Shown piece by piece: positions 43,545 through 56,688 of a stretch of 64,000 bases of DNA. Numbering within the stretch: position 1 is the first letter of the stretch; every line of letters starts with the position of its first letter. The position numbers and the translations under genes are program-made. The notes under the pieces were generated by a model, which had not been told where the DNA came from, did no database searches, and saw nothing but the letters and a program-made list of their open reading frames with translations. Location: contig NC_043023.1 in assembly GCF_006345805.1 (NCBI RefSeq), positions 9,362,001 through 9,426,000 on the forward strand, in the 5' to 3' direction. The DNA is from Octopus sinensis. Lineage: Eukaryota.

Positions 43545-44136
43545 TTGAAAATGACCACATCTCACTCCTCTGGAACTTCACCATTCAAACTGACAGGAAG
43601 ATAGATGCAAATAGGCCAGACATCATATTGAAAGACCTCAAACAAAGAACATGCCTCCTCATTGATATGACTGTCCCAATCGATATAAACGTATCTGTCA
43701 AGACCTACCAAAAACTGAGCAAATATAAAGATCTTGAAATAGAAATCAGCAAAATGTGGAAGCTGAAGACTAAAACAATACCTGTTGTCATAGGTGCCCT
43801 GGGAATGATAGCAAAAGGGGCTGATAGTTACCTAACTCAGATACCAGGAGACCCAAAAATGGCAGAAGTTCAAAAGATAGTGCTCAGGGGAACTGCTCAT
43901 ATCCTACGCAAAATACTCTCTATGTAATCTCAAGGTTTAAAACAAACATAATCTTCGGTTAAAAAAAAAAACAAAAACTTTTTTTTTAGACATTCATTAG
44001 TACAACATCCCCACCCCCCAAATATATGGCACACTAGGCATAACAACAACATGAACTTCCAACCCTGTTGTCTCTTGAGGTCTCTGGGTGAGACTTGGAG
44101 CCAACTTGTACAAATATAAAGCAAAAGTCAAACATA

Positions 44137-44139
<3 letters not shown>
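43545..44139 (+). mobile_element. 5'-truncated REL-endonuclease LINE (R4/Dong-like) inserted in (AAT)n
   Basis: LLWNFTIQTDRKIDANRPDIILKD...CLLIDMTVP...KLSKYKDLEIEISKMWKLK...PVVIGALG, then 3' UTR; (AAT)n on both sides. Confidence 0.9.
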
Positions 44140-44175
<36 letters not shown>

Positions 44176-44192
44176 TAATAGTAATAATAATG

Positions 44193-44235
<43 letters not shown>

Positions 44236-44236
<1 letters not shown>

Positions 44237-44633
44237 CAGAGATCATGAAGAAAAAAAAAAAGCTTTCTAATTGATGTATCAATACCGGAAGATGACAACG
44301 TGTCTCTAAAAGAAATGGAGAAACTCTCAAAATACAAAGACCTGGAAATAGAGGTAACTAGAATGTGGAATCTGAAAACAGAAACAATTCCTATCATAGT
44401 AGGTGCATTAGGCATGATAAAAAAATATTCAGACAAATACATAACAAAAACACCAGGACTTACAAACACATATAACATACAGAAAATTGCACTACTAGGC
44501 ACTGCACACATCCTACGCAGAACACTTTCCATACAATAACCATCAGAGCATCACAACAAATCACAGCACATACCCAAGGCACACAGAGCTGCGCTCGGTA
44601 ATGAAGTGAAAGCACGCTATAAAAATAAAACTA

Positions 44634-44637
<4 letters not shown>
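44236..44637 (+). mobile_element. Second, different 5'-truncated REL LINE in the same (AAT)n
   Basis: LIDVSIPEDDNVSLKEMEKLSKYKDLEIEVTRMWNLKTETIPIIVGALG; distinct 3' UTR followed by (AAT)n. Confidence 0.88.
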
Positions 44638-44691
<54 letters not shown>

Positions 44692-44716
44692 TAAGTACTC
44701 CTCCTGCTCTTCCTCG

Positions 44717-44760
<44 letters not shown>

Positions 44761-44932
44761 TTACTACTACTAATACTACTACTAACTTGATTAAAATGCA
44801 ATTACTTAATCACTCACCTTTACCAATATTTTATTAGTAGTTACCAATATTTTACCAGTATTTTCAATATATAAATTACACTAAAGTCTTCTCTCGTGCA
44901 TATCTCATATCTACGTTTTGTATCTTTTTCAG

Positions 44933-45044
44933 TGTTTTGTAACGAAGACACATCAACTAACAATGGTACATTCAAGTGGCCAATGACAAAAGTAGGAACT
45001 AATGCGACGATTCCTTGTCATGCAAACGTAGCAACAAGACACTG
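44933..45044 (+). CDS. HRM exon 1: FCNEDTSTNNGTFKWPMTKVGTNATIPCHANVATRH(C)
   Basis: tttcag|tg...tg|gttcgt; 112 nt; phase 1/2; C...G..W..T..G.....C....A.R.C HRM pattern. Confidence 0.88.
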
Positions 45045-45280
45045 GTTCGTTTGGATTGTTTTCTCTCTTCACAAATTTTGAAGTTTTCCCTTTTTAAATT
45101 TTTCTAAGAGAATGTTACACAGTTTACTAAATAAAACACCTACCGAGATTTAGATTACAGAATTCATGTCCGTCAGTTCAAATCCCTTAACACTGGTGTT
45201 TTCCATTTAATTTAGAATGTGACATAATTTTTACTTGGTCTAACTACATCAACTAGATTATAAGAACAAATTACAAACAG

Positions 45281-45695
45281 ATAGGCGCAGGAGTGGCTGT
45301 GTGGTAAGTAGCTTGCTTACCAAACACATAGTTCCAGGTTCAGTCCCACTGCGTGGAATCCTGGGCAAGTGTCTTCTACTATAGCCTCGGGCCGACCAAA
45401 GCCTTGTGAGTGGATTTGGTAGACGGAAACTGAAAGAAGCCCGTCGTATATATGTATATATATATTTATATATATGTGCGTGTGCATGTTTGTGTGTGTA
45501 TGTTTGTCCCCCTAGCGTTGTTTGAGAACCGATGCTGGTGTGTTTACGTCCCCGTCACTTATCGGTTCGGCAAAAGAGTCCGATAGAATAAGTACTGGGC
45601 TTACAGAGAATAAGTCCCGGGGTCGATTTGCTCGACTAAAGGCGGTGCTCCAGCATGGCCGCAGTCAAAGGACTGAAACAAGTAAAAGAGTAAAA
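45281..45695 (+). mobile_element. Family-2 SINE
   Basis: ataggcgcaggagtggctgtgtggtaagtagc...gactgaaacaagtaaaaga. Confidence 0.9.
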
Positions 45696-45785
45696 GAGAG
45701 AGTAAAGAGAGATCAGCGTAATTCTTGGATTCCAATGTGATTGATGAAATAAAACGATGGGACATATTTGATAAAAATTTTTCAG

Positions 45786-45907
45786 TTCATCCAGGAAGTG
45801 TTCGCCATTTACCGGTGTGTGGCAAGAGCCAGACATGTCTCAGTGTAACAATACAGAGTGGATCACTGGAAAACTAAAGAACATCACCACCAAAGGCATT
45901 GATGAAG
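45786..45907 (+). CDS. HRM exon 2 / GAIN start: SSRKCSPFTGVWQEPDMSQCNNTEWITGKLKNITTKGIDE(E)
   Basis: tttcag|t...gaag|gtgagt; 122 nt; phase 2/1; G.W..PD...C motif. Confidence 0.88.
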
Positions 45908-46819
45908 GTGAGTGAAAACCAGTTTCGAAATACTCTTACAGCAGATTTATTAATTGTTTCAGCATCAAGAGGAGCTGTGTATGTCTTTGTATGAGTGTTC
46001 ATTACAATTACTGTATGTGTGTATGTGTATACGTTTCTGATTAAAGTTATCTACCAAGTAGTAATACGTAGTAATTTTTCTTTTGAGTTCTCATATTATG
46101 TGTTCATGTTCTCCAAAGGGGGATCAATTTGAATCCGTTACGGAAACTTTATGACAGAAGTTAATACTTAGATTTGAATTTAATATTATATCGTTAAAAT
46201 TTTAATGACTTTTTGTAGAATGGCCACGGAAATACAATACAGTGGAAAAACAATAGAGATAATCACTTTATAAATTTATCTCTACAGGTTTCTTTTATAG
46301 AAGTTTGAACTCCCAATCATTTCTTATGATGTTTCGTATACGAAAATCTAATTTCGTTTTCAGTAAGAATAGCTTTAGAATGTTAGTTAATAGCACTGCT
46401 AACACGGTAGAACACACCATTGATTTATAAAGCTCTTCATGTTCTTGGTATTATATTATGGTTTCGTAACGAATTACGGCGTCCCCACCAGAAATTGAGA
46501 GAGATAATGTCGGGTCATATCTTTGTAAATACATTACGTGATGCTGATGGTTGTAAAATATTTAAATGTTCAATGATGCAGGCCACATAGTTGCGTACCA
46601 TAGAATATGAACAATTTATCAATTTCATTTGTCACCATAAAATTTTTAATATTTTCATGAGCCTTAAATGCTGAGATTTGTTCATATGGCCTTGAGGAAG
46701 TCTGAGCAATATTAAGTATTAGAACTACGAATCGTTTTGTATTTTGTCATTGGAAGAATAATTTCGTTCAGATTGACTGCTGTTACTGAAGGCTGATGTA
46801 TTACAGCTCATTAGTTTTT

Positions 46820-47215
46820 TTTTACTTGTTTCAGTCATGTAACTGTGGCCATGCTGGGGCACCGCCTTTAGTCGAGCAAATCGACCCCAGGACTTATTCT
46901 TTGTAAGCCTAGTACTTATTTTATCGGTCTCTTTTTTGCCGAACCGCTAAGTTACGGGGACGTAAACACACCAGCATCGGTTGTCAAGTGATGTTGGGGG
47001 GACAAACACGGACACACAAACACGCACATACATATATATATATGTATATATACATATATATATATACGACGGGCTTCTTTCAGTTTCCGTCTACCAAATC
47101 CATTCACAAGGCTTTGGTCGGCCTGAGGCAATAATAGAAGACACTTACCTAAGGTGCCACGCATTGGGTCTGAACCTGGAACTATGTGGTTCGTAAGCAA
47201 ACTACTTACCACACT
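46820..47215 (-). mobile_element. Family-2 SINE, inverted
   Basis: Reverse complement of the 45281-45695 consensus. Confidence 0.88.
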
Positions 47216-47504
47216 CACACATTCAAGTATGTCTCAAACTATAAACGATCCCATTTAATGCTGCAAAGTAGGAGACACTAAGGATGTATTACAATGAGTA
47301 TACAACTCATGAACTGAACACATTTAGCAATTTCTGCACCACAATAAGTTGGAGACGTTAATGAACTTTCAGTGATTCATTAATTGCTGTGCTTAATTTG
47401 CCTCTAATATTTCGTTACAACTTCGTTTTCTCTCCCCAGACACAACATAATTTCGTCTCAAAGCAGCTGTTACAGTCACTGTTTTGTTAAACTTTTCGTT
47501 GCAG

Positions 47505-47724
47505 AAAATTTTGAACCGGTTTCAACAAAGCTCCTAAATATTTCCGAGAAATCAGTGTATTTCAAAAAAGAAGATGTTGACTTGGCTGTAGATGTACTCA
47601 AGAAAATGGTGCCATTGATATCGAATGTGTCCGTCAATATAACACTTCTTAGTATCAACAATATGATAAACACACCGGAGAAGATTTTGGTTGAGGCAGA
47701 ACAATTTAATAGAAGTGTCAACAG
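47505..47724 (+). CDS. GAIN subdomain A exon: NFEPVSTKLLNISEKSVYFKKEDVDLAVDVLKKMVPLISNVSVNITLLSINNMINTPEKILVEAEQFNRSVN(R)
   Basis: ttgcag|aa...ag|gtaaaa; 220 nt; open; phase 1/2. Confidence 0.88.
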
Positions 47725-48102
47725 GTAAAATTCACATCTCATTTATTGTTAGTGCAGTAGCAGTAGCAACTTCAGCGGTGGGCAGGGGTTGCAGCAGTGG
47801 AAGCAGTGTCGGCGGCAGCAGCCGTGGTAGTAGTAGTAGTAGCAATTGTTATTCTTGCTGTTGTTGCCGCTGTTGCTGGTGGTAGTGGTGATGGTGTTGG
47901 TAGTGGTGGTTGTTGTTGCGGTGGCGGTGGCGATGTTGCGGAAACAATATTAGCAATAGCAGTAACAACGACAGAAGCAACATTTGCAATAGTCATGTGA
48001 AAAAATGTTTCAATCAATATAATTAATATAATTAAACCTATATCTAATTACATATATGAAACATACTGTCAACTGAAGGTTGTTTTCTCGGTTTTCTTAC
48101 AG

Positions 48103-48274
48103 AATGCTGGACATCATAGAAACAATCCCAGAACAGATTCCACTGGAAGAGCAGTCAGTCACAGCTTTATATTCTAATCTTGGTATTGGTGCTGCCAAAG
48201 TGGAGAAGGACACTTTCAACGGCCTCACTTATGCTGTTTCATATGGAACCAATGAAATAGAAGCAAGGACTGAG
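48103..48274 (+). CDS. GAIN exon: MLDIIETIPEQIPLEEQSVTALYSNLGIGAAKVEKDTFNGLTYAVSYGTNEIEARTE
   Basis: ttacag|a...gag|gtacaa; 172 nt; phase 2/0. Confidence 0.88.
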
Positions 48275-48769
48275 GTACAATAATTTCTCTTGATTACTGT
48301 CTTATTGAATGTTTGTTCTAAACACCCAAGTTAATAAAATATATTAGGATGAATTATAATGTTTTTATAGTTACGTAAAGTAGTTATGTTACAGAGCTCG
48401 ATAGAGATAGCAATTTAAGTACAAAATATAATAATATACGCAGCACACAGATTATATAACTTTGCAATAACGCTACCATAATAATCCTCCTACTACAGGG
48501 ACAATGTCTGAAATTTGTTGAGTGGGTAGTGTCAATTACATTGACTCCAGTACTTCAGTGATACTTATTTCCCTGAGCCAGAAACAATGAAAGGTGAAAT
48601 TTGAACATAGAAGGTAAAGACTGAAGACTGTCATCGCACCGCCTAAAGCTGACAAAGGAAAACTGCATGAACAAATATAAACCACAAATAAATATGGAAC
48701 AATAATAGTTTACACACATCTTTATCACTATTTTACTGTGAATTTTGGGGTTTTGAACTCTTCCTAAAA

Positions 48770-49370
48770 ACGGAAATGTATCTATATATTTTCCTTTACT
48801 ACCCACAAGGGGCTAAACATAGAGGGGACAAACAAGGACAGACAAACGGATTAAGTCGATTACATCGACCCCAGTGCGTAACTGGTACTTAATTTATCGA
48901 CCCCGAAATAATGGAAGGCAAAGTCGACCTCGGCGGAATTTGAACTCAGAACGTAAAGACAGACGAAATACCTATTTCTTTACTACCTACAAGGGGCTAA
49001 ACATAGAGGGGACAAACAAGGACATACAAACGGATTAAGTTGATTACATCGACCCCAGTGCGTAACTGGTACTTAATTTATCGACCCCGAAAGGATGAAA
49101 GGCAAAGACGTGTGATTGCTTTAGATATATGTATTTCTTTATTGCCCACAAGGGACTAAACATAGAGGGATAAACAAGGACAGACAAAGGGATTAAGTCG
49201 ATTACATCGACCTCCCCCCCAGTGAGAAACTGGTACTTTATTTATCGAGCCCGAAAGGATGAAAGGCAAAGTCGACCTCGGCGGAATTTGAACTTAGAAC
49301 GTAACGACAGACGAAATACCGCTAAGCACTTCGCTCGGCGCGCTAACGTTTCTGCCAGCTCACCGCCCTA
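48770..49370 (-). mobile_element. Head-to-tail multimer of family-3 SINE units
   Basis: Three tail copies (...aggggctaaacatagaggggacaaacaaggacagac...) and one head. Confidence 0.85.
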
Positions 49371-49767
49371 TATCTATATGATCTGCCTTGTGTGTGAGTG
49401 TGCGTGTGTGTTGAGCGTGTTGTGTGTGTGTATGATTTCTTTGTGTGTGCTTGTGTTTCTGTGTGTGCATCTGTTCTGGTGATCCGCTTTCTTCCTTTTC
49501 AGAGTTCCGCCCTCATGCGCCCATCCATTAACACAGGTTCACACAGCAAAGTAACAAATATAAAAAAAAATTCCTTCCCCAGAACACCATATTTCCGAAA
49601 AACAACTCTCCATGGCTGAAAGCTTTTAGTAATACAATTAAAATAAAATTGTACTCCTAATACAATCGAACGAAACCAACGCACGCAGAGGAAAAACAAA
49701 ACCTATCAGTAGATCTTTCAAGCTTCCTCAAGATTATTGTTATAATTTTATATGAACATCTAACAAA

Positions 49768-49811
<44 letters not shown>

Positions 49812-49842
49812 GCACACATATTCTGAACTGAAACAAAATCTG

Positions 49843-50205
49843 GGATCTTTTCCTTTTGAACGGCAGTTTTCAACACAATTTCTAGCTAACTAAACACTTT
49901 TAAACTTCGTATACTGGTAGAATGTGTCAAAATAAAACATTTTTTTCTCTTGGCTTTCTTGAGAAAATTGTAATTTGTAAGTTTAACGTAGTTTAACGCA
50001 GCAAGTGATTTTAGCTCAATAGAGGCTATTGATTGGTTAAAATTCGAAAAATTAAACTCTGTTAAACTTACAAATTACAATTTTCTCAAGAAAGCCAAGA
50101 GAATAAAATGTTTTATTTTGACACATTCTACCAGTATACGAAGTTTAAAAGTGTTTAGTTAACTAGAAATTGTGTTGAAAACTGCCGTTCAAAAGGAAAA
50201 GATCC
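49843..50205. mobile_element. Foldback/MITE with ~145-bp inverted arms
   Basis: ggatcttttccttttgaacggcag...gtaagtttaac / gttaaacttac...ctgccgttcaaaaggaaaagatcc. Confidence 0.88.
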
Positions 50206-51083
50206 GAAATCTGTTACTTAATTTTTAAAAATCTTTTATTGAATTCAATAGAAATTTTGACACTTGACCTGTTGAAAACCTTTCGAAATCCCTGCTTACA
50301 CAATTTCAAATATGTTCTTAACTACGCACAGAATAAGAGAGCAAGCTGTCCTAATTTCTATTAACATGTATTTGAAGCGACTGTCAGCCTGTATAGTGGG
50401 AGGAACATTGGATGCCAATGTCTAATGAGTAACTATGTGAGTGTGTTCCTCTGTTTTTATATATGTGTGCAAAACGTTTCGGAAGGATTACCAAATGATG
50501 AAAATGGTTCAAATGATTGAGATAGCCATAGCCTTGTACACTGTTGTATTCATGTAACTAGGTACCCGCAAGTAAGTCAAATATTGGGACAGTAAGAAGA
50601 AAATTACTGAATACACGAATAATTAGTTGACTAAAGTTGAAACACCTCTGACTACTTGTGTATGAAGCAGTGGTGGTGGGTGATAATGAGAGTTTTATCT
50701 GTTATGTTAACTGTAATGTTGTAGTAATGTATTTGTGGAAAAAAGTTGAAGTTACAAAAGCAATAACAAGCGTAATAGCAATAATTCCTTTTTTGCAATG
50801 GATCTCGAAGCACAAAATGCTATAAATGATAACACGAAAATATTGGCATAAAAGATATTTTTGAATGGGAAAATCAAAAGCTACTTGTGAGGCTTCTCCT
50901 ATCCAGAGGATTTTTCAAATCAATATCTATGTGCTTCGAAATCCTCTATTCCAAGAAATAATTATTTCACTTCATGTTCTGTGAAAAGTTTATAAAAATT
51001 TTTATGACGTCAACAAAATTCAGTCGTAGAAGTGTTTTTCTTTTAAGTATCAATTTCATTTTTTTTCCATTTTCCTCCACCAG

Positions 51084-51230
51084 ATACATCAGGACTCAGA
51101 CTCAAATGTAGATGATACGATGGACTTCATTTCTTTACCAAAGAGTTTATTAAAACATATGAAAGACGAAGAACTGTTAAACCTTTCAAGGATTTCCATG
51201 GTCAGTTTGCGGGACGATAAGCTATATAGG
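51084..51230 (+). CDS. GAIN exon: IHQDSDSNVDDTMDFISLPKSLLKHMKDEELLNLSRISMVSLRDDKLYR
   Basis: caccag|ata...agg|gtatgg; 147 nt; phase 0/0; I.LP..LL and D.KL. GAIN-B motifs. Confidence 0.88.
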
Positions 51231-52057
51231 GTATGGTACAAGAATAGAAATATTTCTTTCTCTGGTTAACCCAAAGTAGTTTGAATTCATTCATGCATTT
51301 TTGATAATGGAAGAAACAATACTAATATGACACAATTACCAATGTTTATATGTTTGTGCATATGTATATATGGACATGTTTGTGTGTTTGTATGAGTGCA
51401 CTTCTATGCGTGTATGTATGCGTGTGTGTATATGTGTGATTTATGATGCATATTACAAACTCAGGGCGGCGCTTGTTCTGAATTATGCCTCGGCGAATTT
51501 ACTTTTAACGCACTTTGTGTGTTGAAATCACAGTTCTTTCAGAAAATATACCACCAAATAATCAAACATCGGCGTGTATTCATTTAACAAGAAAAGCATT
51601 CACAGTAACTTGGAAAATTCGGACTGCTAAGTCACTCTGACAAACCGATGATGGTTAAGCCGAACGAAAATTGTCAATATTGTTATTGTAAAAAATAATA
51701 TATTTGTACTCAAAATAATATGTTTGTACTTTAAAAGCTACCATTGTTCTGAGTGTAATAAATTCTTGTAAGTGATTATAAGAGACGGAAGCTGGAAGGC
51801 GCCTGTCATACCTATATATACATTTTTTTTATTATTTTGCACATTACTTAATCATTGATATATTATTTTCATTATATATTTAATATTTCTATTATATGTA
51901 ATTTTCTAGATGGAGTAATTTAATTGTTCATTTTGAATTGATGGAAGGTGTTTTTTTTCTAATTTTTATATATATATTATAGATTGTGAAATTTGATTTA
52001 GTTTTTCTAAATTGAATTTTTTCCTGTAAGTTTGCAATAATGTTCCCTCAAATTAAT

Positions 52058-52151
<94 letters not shown>

Positions 52152-52279
52152 GTATGTATATTCCTCTAGTTTCAGCTCAGAGCTGTGGCCATGCTGATGC
52201 ACCGCCGTTTTGCTACACTGTTATTAATAAGAGCCTCCTTTTATATGTGGCACTTGATGAACCATAGAGTTTGATATAG

Positions 52280-53496
52280 CTACCCTCATTTGGAATAATG
52301 GAATCATCTTAAAATTTCAAAGAAATTTAGTTTAATGACCGCCTTTGGCAGTAATTACAGCTTGAATTCTACGAGGAATGGACTCGTACAAAGTATGAAT
52401 TGTTTCGAAAGGAATTTTTTGTCCATTCTTCAGCTAAAAGTCTCCAGTTCTTGTAGTGATGAGGGTAGAGGATATCGACTCCTTACTTGTTTTTCTAAAA
52501 TGCACAATAACTGTTCAATAATATTGAGATCTGGGGACTGTGGTGGCCAGATTAAGATGTTCAACTTCACTAGAATGTTCCTCGTGCCATTCAGTAATAA
52601 CTTTAGTTGTGTGAATTGGTGCATTATCATCCCGAAAGATTGCGTATCCCTCCGGAAGCAGTTCCGCAACCAAAGGATGAATTTGATCAGATAAAAACTT
52701 AAATAGACTTGATTATTAATTTTGCCATGAAGGGAAACCATCGGGTCGGCGTATTTCCAAATTATAGCCCTCCGGATCATCCTAGATGCTCCTCCATCTT
52801 TAACAGTTGGAAGAAGCCAGTCTGGGTCAAATGCTTCTTTAGGTTGTCTCCACATGTATACTCGGCCAGTGATCGGAAAAAGGGTAAAGGACGACACGTT
52901 CTTGAAAATAAATTTCCCCCACTGCTCTAGGGACCGATTCTGTGGGGTTTTACTCCACTCTAAACGCTTTGCAACGTTTATCTTCTGATTTCAACCTTCC
53001 AATGAAATCGGGCTCTTGAGCTGGGACCAGTTGGTCATTAAAATCTGCAGCAATTTTGGGAGCTGTACTTTTGTGAACGTTTCTAAAAATTCGCGTAAGA
53101 GTTCGACGGTCCCTATCTGAAAGCTTTGGTTTTCTTCTAGAGTTTTGTTTCGATAAGGAGGCTTTTCTCTCCCTATTTCTCAAAGAAAGGCTGTCATTAG
53201 GGAGTACTTCTTGATACACCAAACAATTCGGCTGGTTTCGTTACACTAGCGCCTGCCATACGAGCACCAGCAATTTAATATCTTTGAAAATCCGATAGAT
53301 CTGTCATTTTAATGAATTTTAATTACCTTTTTCTGATGATATCTGAATAGAAACAGCAAATTTAGCTAAACATATTCAGCATCACTAATAATAAACCAAA
53401 AAACATAAAAATAAACCAGCTTTTAACGGTTTTATAGACATTTCAAAATTATGATGCTATGATGCAAGGTGTTTCCATTATGTTGTCCTACCCCTG
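52280..53496 (-). mobile_element. Degenerate Tc1 (DD34E-type) transposon
   Basis: GRVYMWRQPKEAFDPD.LLPTVK.GG and WPPQSPDLNIIE motifs; Tc1-like end caggggtaggacaacataatggaaacac at 53496; frameshifted. Confidence 0.88.
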
Positions 53497-53584
53497 CATA
53501 TTATCAGAAAAGATGGGGTGTATTTCCGCACATATGTATATGTGTATGCTTTGTATATATTTATATATATATACATGTGCGTGT

Positions 53585-53750
53585 GGAGGTGCAATGGCCC
53601 AGTGGTTAGGGCAGGGGCGGAGGCGATCCCTGCTGTACTCTTTCGTCACAACTTTCTCTCACCCTTTCTTCTGTTGGTCTGCTCGCTTAGCCAGCGGGGT
53701 GGCGTCATTTGAAGGCTAAAACAATGCGAAGAGCATTGTGACCATCGTGA
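53585..53750 (+). mobile_element. Internally deleted tRNA-head SINE
   Basis: gtggttagggcag joined directly to gggcggaggcgatccctgctgtac. Confidence 0.78.
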
Positions 53751-53950
53751 TAGAGGAGAATTTCTTTTTGAAAATGACTTTATGGAATATATTATGAATG
53801 AATTAATTAATTAGTGGTATGGGACTCAGAACTCAGAGCCGTGCAGCTATTGCCACTGCACAGAAATAAATATTGCAATTTGTAATTAAAGCTTGTTTAT
53901 CCCATGTCTTTGTCGTATGTGTGTGTGTATGTGTGCATATACATACATAC

Positions 53951-54345
53951 ATAGGCGCAGGAGTGGCTGTGTGGTAAGTAGCTTTCTTACCAACCACATG
54001 GTTCCGGGTTCAGTCTCACTGTGTGGCACCTTGGGCAAGTGTCTTCTACTATAGCCTCAGGCCGACCAAAGCCTTGTGTGTGGATTTGGTAGACGGAAAC
54101 TGAAAGAAGCCCGTCGTATATATGTATATATATATGTGCGTGTGCGTGTATGTTTGTGTGTCTGTATTTGTCCCCTTAGCATTGCTTGACAACCGATGCT
54201 GGTGTGTTTATGTCCCCGTTACTTAGCGGTTCAGCTAAAGAGACCGATAAATAAGTACTGGGCTTACAAAGAATATGTCCCGGGGTCGAATTGCTCGACT
54301 AAAGGCGGTGCTCCAGCATGGCCGCAGTCAAATGACTGAAACAAG
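53951..54345 (+). mobile_element. Family-2 SINE
   Basis: Full consensus match to the other family-2 copies. Confidence 0.9.
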
Positions 54346-55046
54346 GAAAAAATACATACATACAAATATGTGTGTATGTACAGGCATTTATGGGCATAAG
54401 AAAATAAGACGCATCAAATACATTACATACATCAAATACAAAATATGTATATATTTATACATGCCAAACGAGAGAAAGCAAAAGGTGGGAGCTCTCAGAT
54501 GATTACTATATCGTCTGAAAGAATTAAACACTTTTCTCACCATGTATATATATACCTTTATATTCATTTATATTTTTTAAATATTTTTTTATATCTCTTT
54601 ATATCTTTATACTCTACATTTTTATATTTTTCTATACTTACATTCTTATTTTTCACCTTTTTATATATTTTTTTATCCTTCGTCCTGAATTCTCGCCCCT
54701 CCATCTTTATCCCTATTTGCTCTCATTACCAGGTTCCTTCACGTCTGTCTGTATTTATATATGTATATATTTATTTATTTATTTATTTATATTACCTCAA
54801 CATCCAAACTTCCTCATTCTACATTGAGAGAAGGACGAGATGGACGCTTCATTTTTATGCTGTTGCCGCATTATGTCGTACGCGAATGAGAGGATTTGCA
54901 TCCCCAACGTAGAATTTTTGATGTAATACATGTCCTTGAGGTAGTAGTTGTGCGCGGCTGAAGAAGGCCATAGACACACATTATGCATTGTTATAAATCC
55001 TTGGCATCATGTTTTTATTTTGATTAATATATATATATATATATAT

Positions 55047-55250
55047 CACCGTGATCACCGTGACCGACCAGGCTATCAGATGTTGCTACTCATCACTGGT
55101 CACGATGCGCTTCGCATTGTTTTAGCCTTCAAATGTCGCCACCCCGCTGTCTAAGCGAGCAGACCAACAGAAGAGAGAGTGAGAGAAAGTTGTGACGAAA
55201 GAGTACAGCAGGGTTCACCTCCGCCCCTGCCCTAACCACTGGACCTCCTC
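55047..55250 (-). mobile_element. Internally deleted tRNA-head SINE, inverted
   Basis: Same deletion junction as 53585-53750. Confidence 0.78.
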
Positions 55251-55269
55251 ACACACACACACACATATG

Positions 55270-55366
<97 letters not shown>

Positions 55367-55783
55367 GCAAGCGTTATCTTCAGCGGGTTGAGCCACCAAA
55401 TTCCTCTCACAATATTCTTGTCAACCTGAAGGTGTTGTAGAAATCACTTATCCCATGGTGAATATCCAAGGACGTTGAACACAGGTAATGATATTTCTGT
55501 GACGGTGATAACCAAGAGACCTTCTTAAGTACACAGTCATACCAGCAACTTTTATTGTTAACTGTTTGGATGTAAAACCGAATTATCCATTTCTTAAAGC
55601 CAGGACAACCCTCAGCTGTGAATTTCCATCTAATATATATTGTGTTGATCTGTTGTACTGACTGAAGTGATGATATGATTTAATGATGTCGAAGTACAAC
55701 AACTCTGATTTCATGCTTTAACGATGTATTTAATAAACTTTTCTATGAAACTAAATACTTTATCTAACGGCTTCCCTTTACAG

Positions 55784-55918
55784 GTACAACACAAATCTAA
55801 TACCAAAGCAAATACTAAAATTAACAGCCATATTTTTGCTGTAAATATTCCTAACGTTCATGCCCCAGTTACCAATCTTGATGAACCAATTAGAATATCA
55901 CTCCATGTAACAGATCCG
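55784..55918 (+). CDS. GAIN exon: VQHKSNTKANTKINSHIFAVNIPNVHAPVTNLDEPIRISLHVTDP
   Basis: ttacag|gta...ccg|gtaata; 135 nt; phase 0/0; INS.I and NL.EP..I motifs. Confidence 0.88.
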
Positions 55919-56547
55919 GTAATAAATATCTATTTATTATTGCTGTTGTTGTTCTCGTTGTTTCTTTTCATTTCAAGGACATACTTAATTCCTCCTGAAA
56001 TAAACATGGACCACGGCGCTACAAATAGTACAAGTAGTAGTTGTAGCAGTAGTTGTTGTTGTTGTTTTAGCTGTTGCAAGTGACAATTATAACTATATCT
56101 TTATAATGTGTGTCATGGACATGTTTCCAGTTATTTGTGTTGTATTTTAGTATCGCCAGTATATTGTTTTCATTGATTGCGGCTGTGTATTTTAAATTTG
56201 GTTAATTTCTTTGGGATTTCGTTGACAGTTGTTGTTGTTGCTCTTCTTTATCCTGTTCTTGTTGTTTACCTTCATGCCATGCTTGACCTTGTAGACCTAT
56301 TATAAAACACATTACAATCGTGAACATCACGATATTTAGTTCATTTAACATTTCTAGAACTACACTAACTAATCTCTTCTGTCATTGTTATAGTGATGCA
56401 ATATAAATTAGGAGAATATACATAGATATATATATATACGCTCACAGTGTCAGTAATAATTAAACATTTATAAACTTAGCTTAGTAATGATTCATTATAT
56501 GTATTTTAATTATTTGATTAAAATATCAGAATTTATATTTTTTCCAG

Positions 56548-56688
56548 AATGCCATCAACCCCCAATGTGTCTACTGGAATGAATCCTCCAAACATTGGGC
56601 GACAGAAGGCTGTAATATGTCCCGCTATGTACCTAGGAAGAAAGTATTTTGTTCCTGTAACCATCTTACAAGTTTTGCTATACTAATG
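56548..56688 (+). CDS. GPS exon: NAINPQCVYWNESSKHWATEGCNMSRYVPRKKVFCSCNHLTSFAILM
   Basis: ttccag|aat...atg|gttggt; 141 nt; canonical GPS C..W......W...GC...C.C.HL|T plus Stachel TSFAILM. Confidence 0.96.

Noticed and set aside
47760-48000. Ala/Val/Gly/Thr/Pro-rich ORFs suggesting a mucin stalk
   Set aside because: Degenerate trinucleotide repeats inside an intron whose flanking exons already join in frame.
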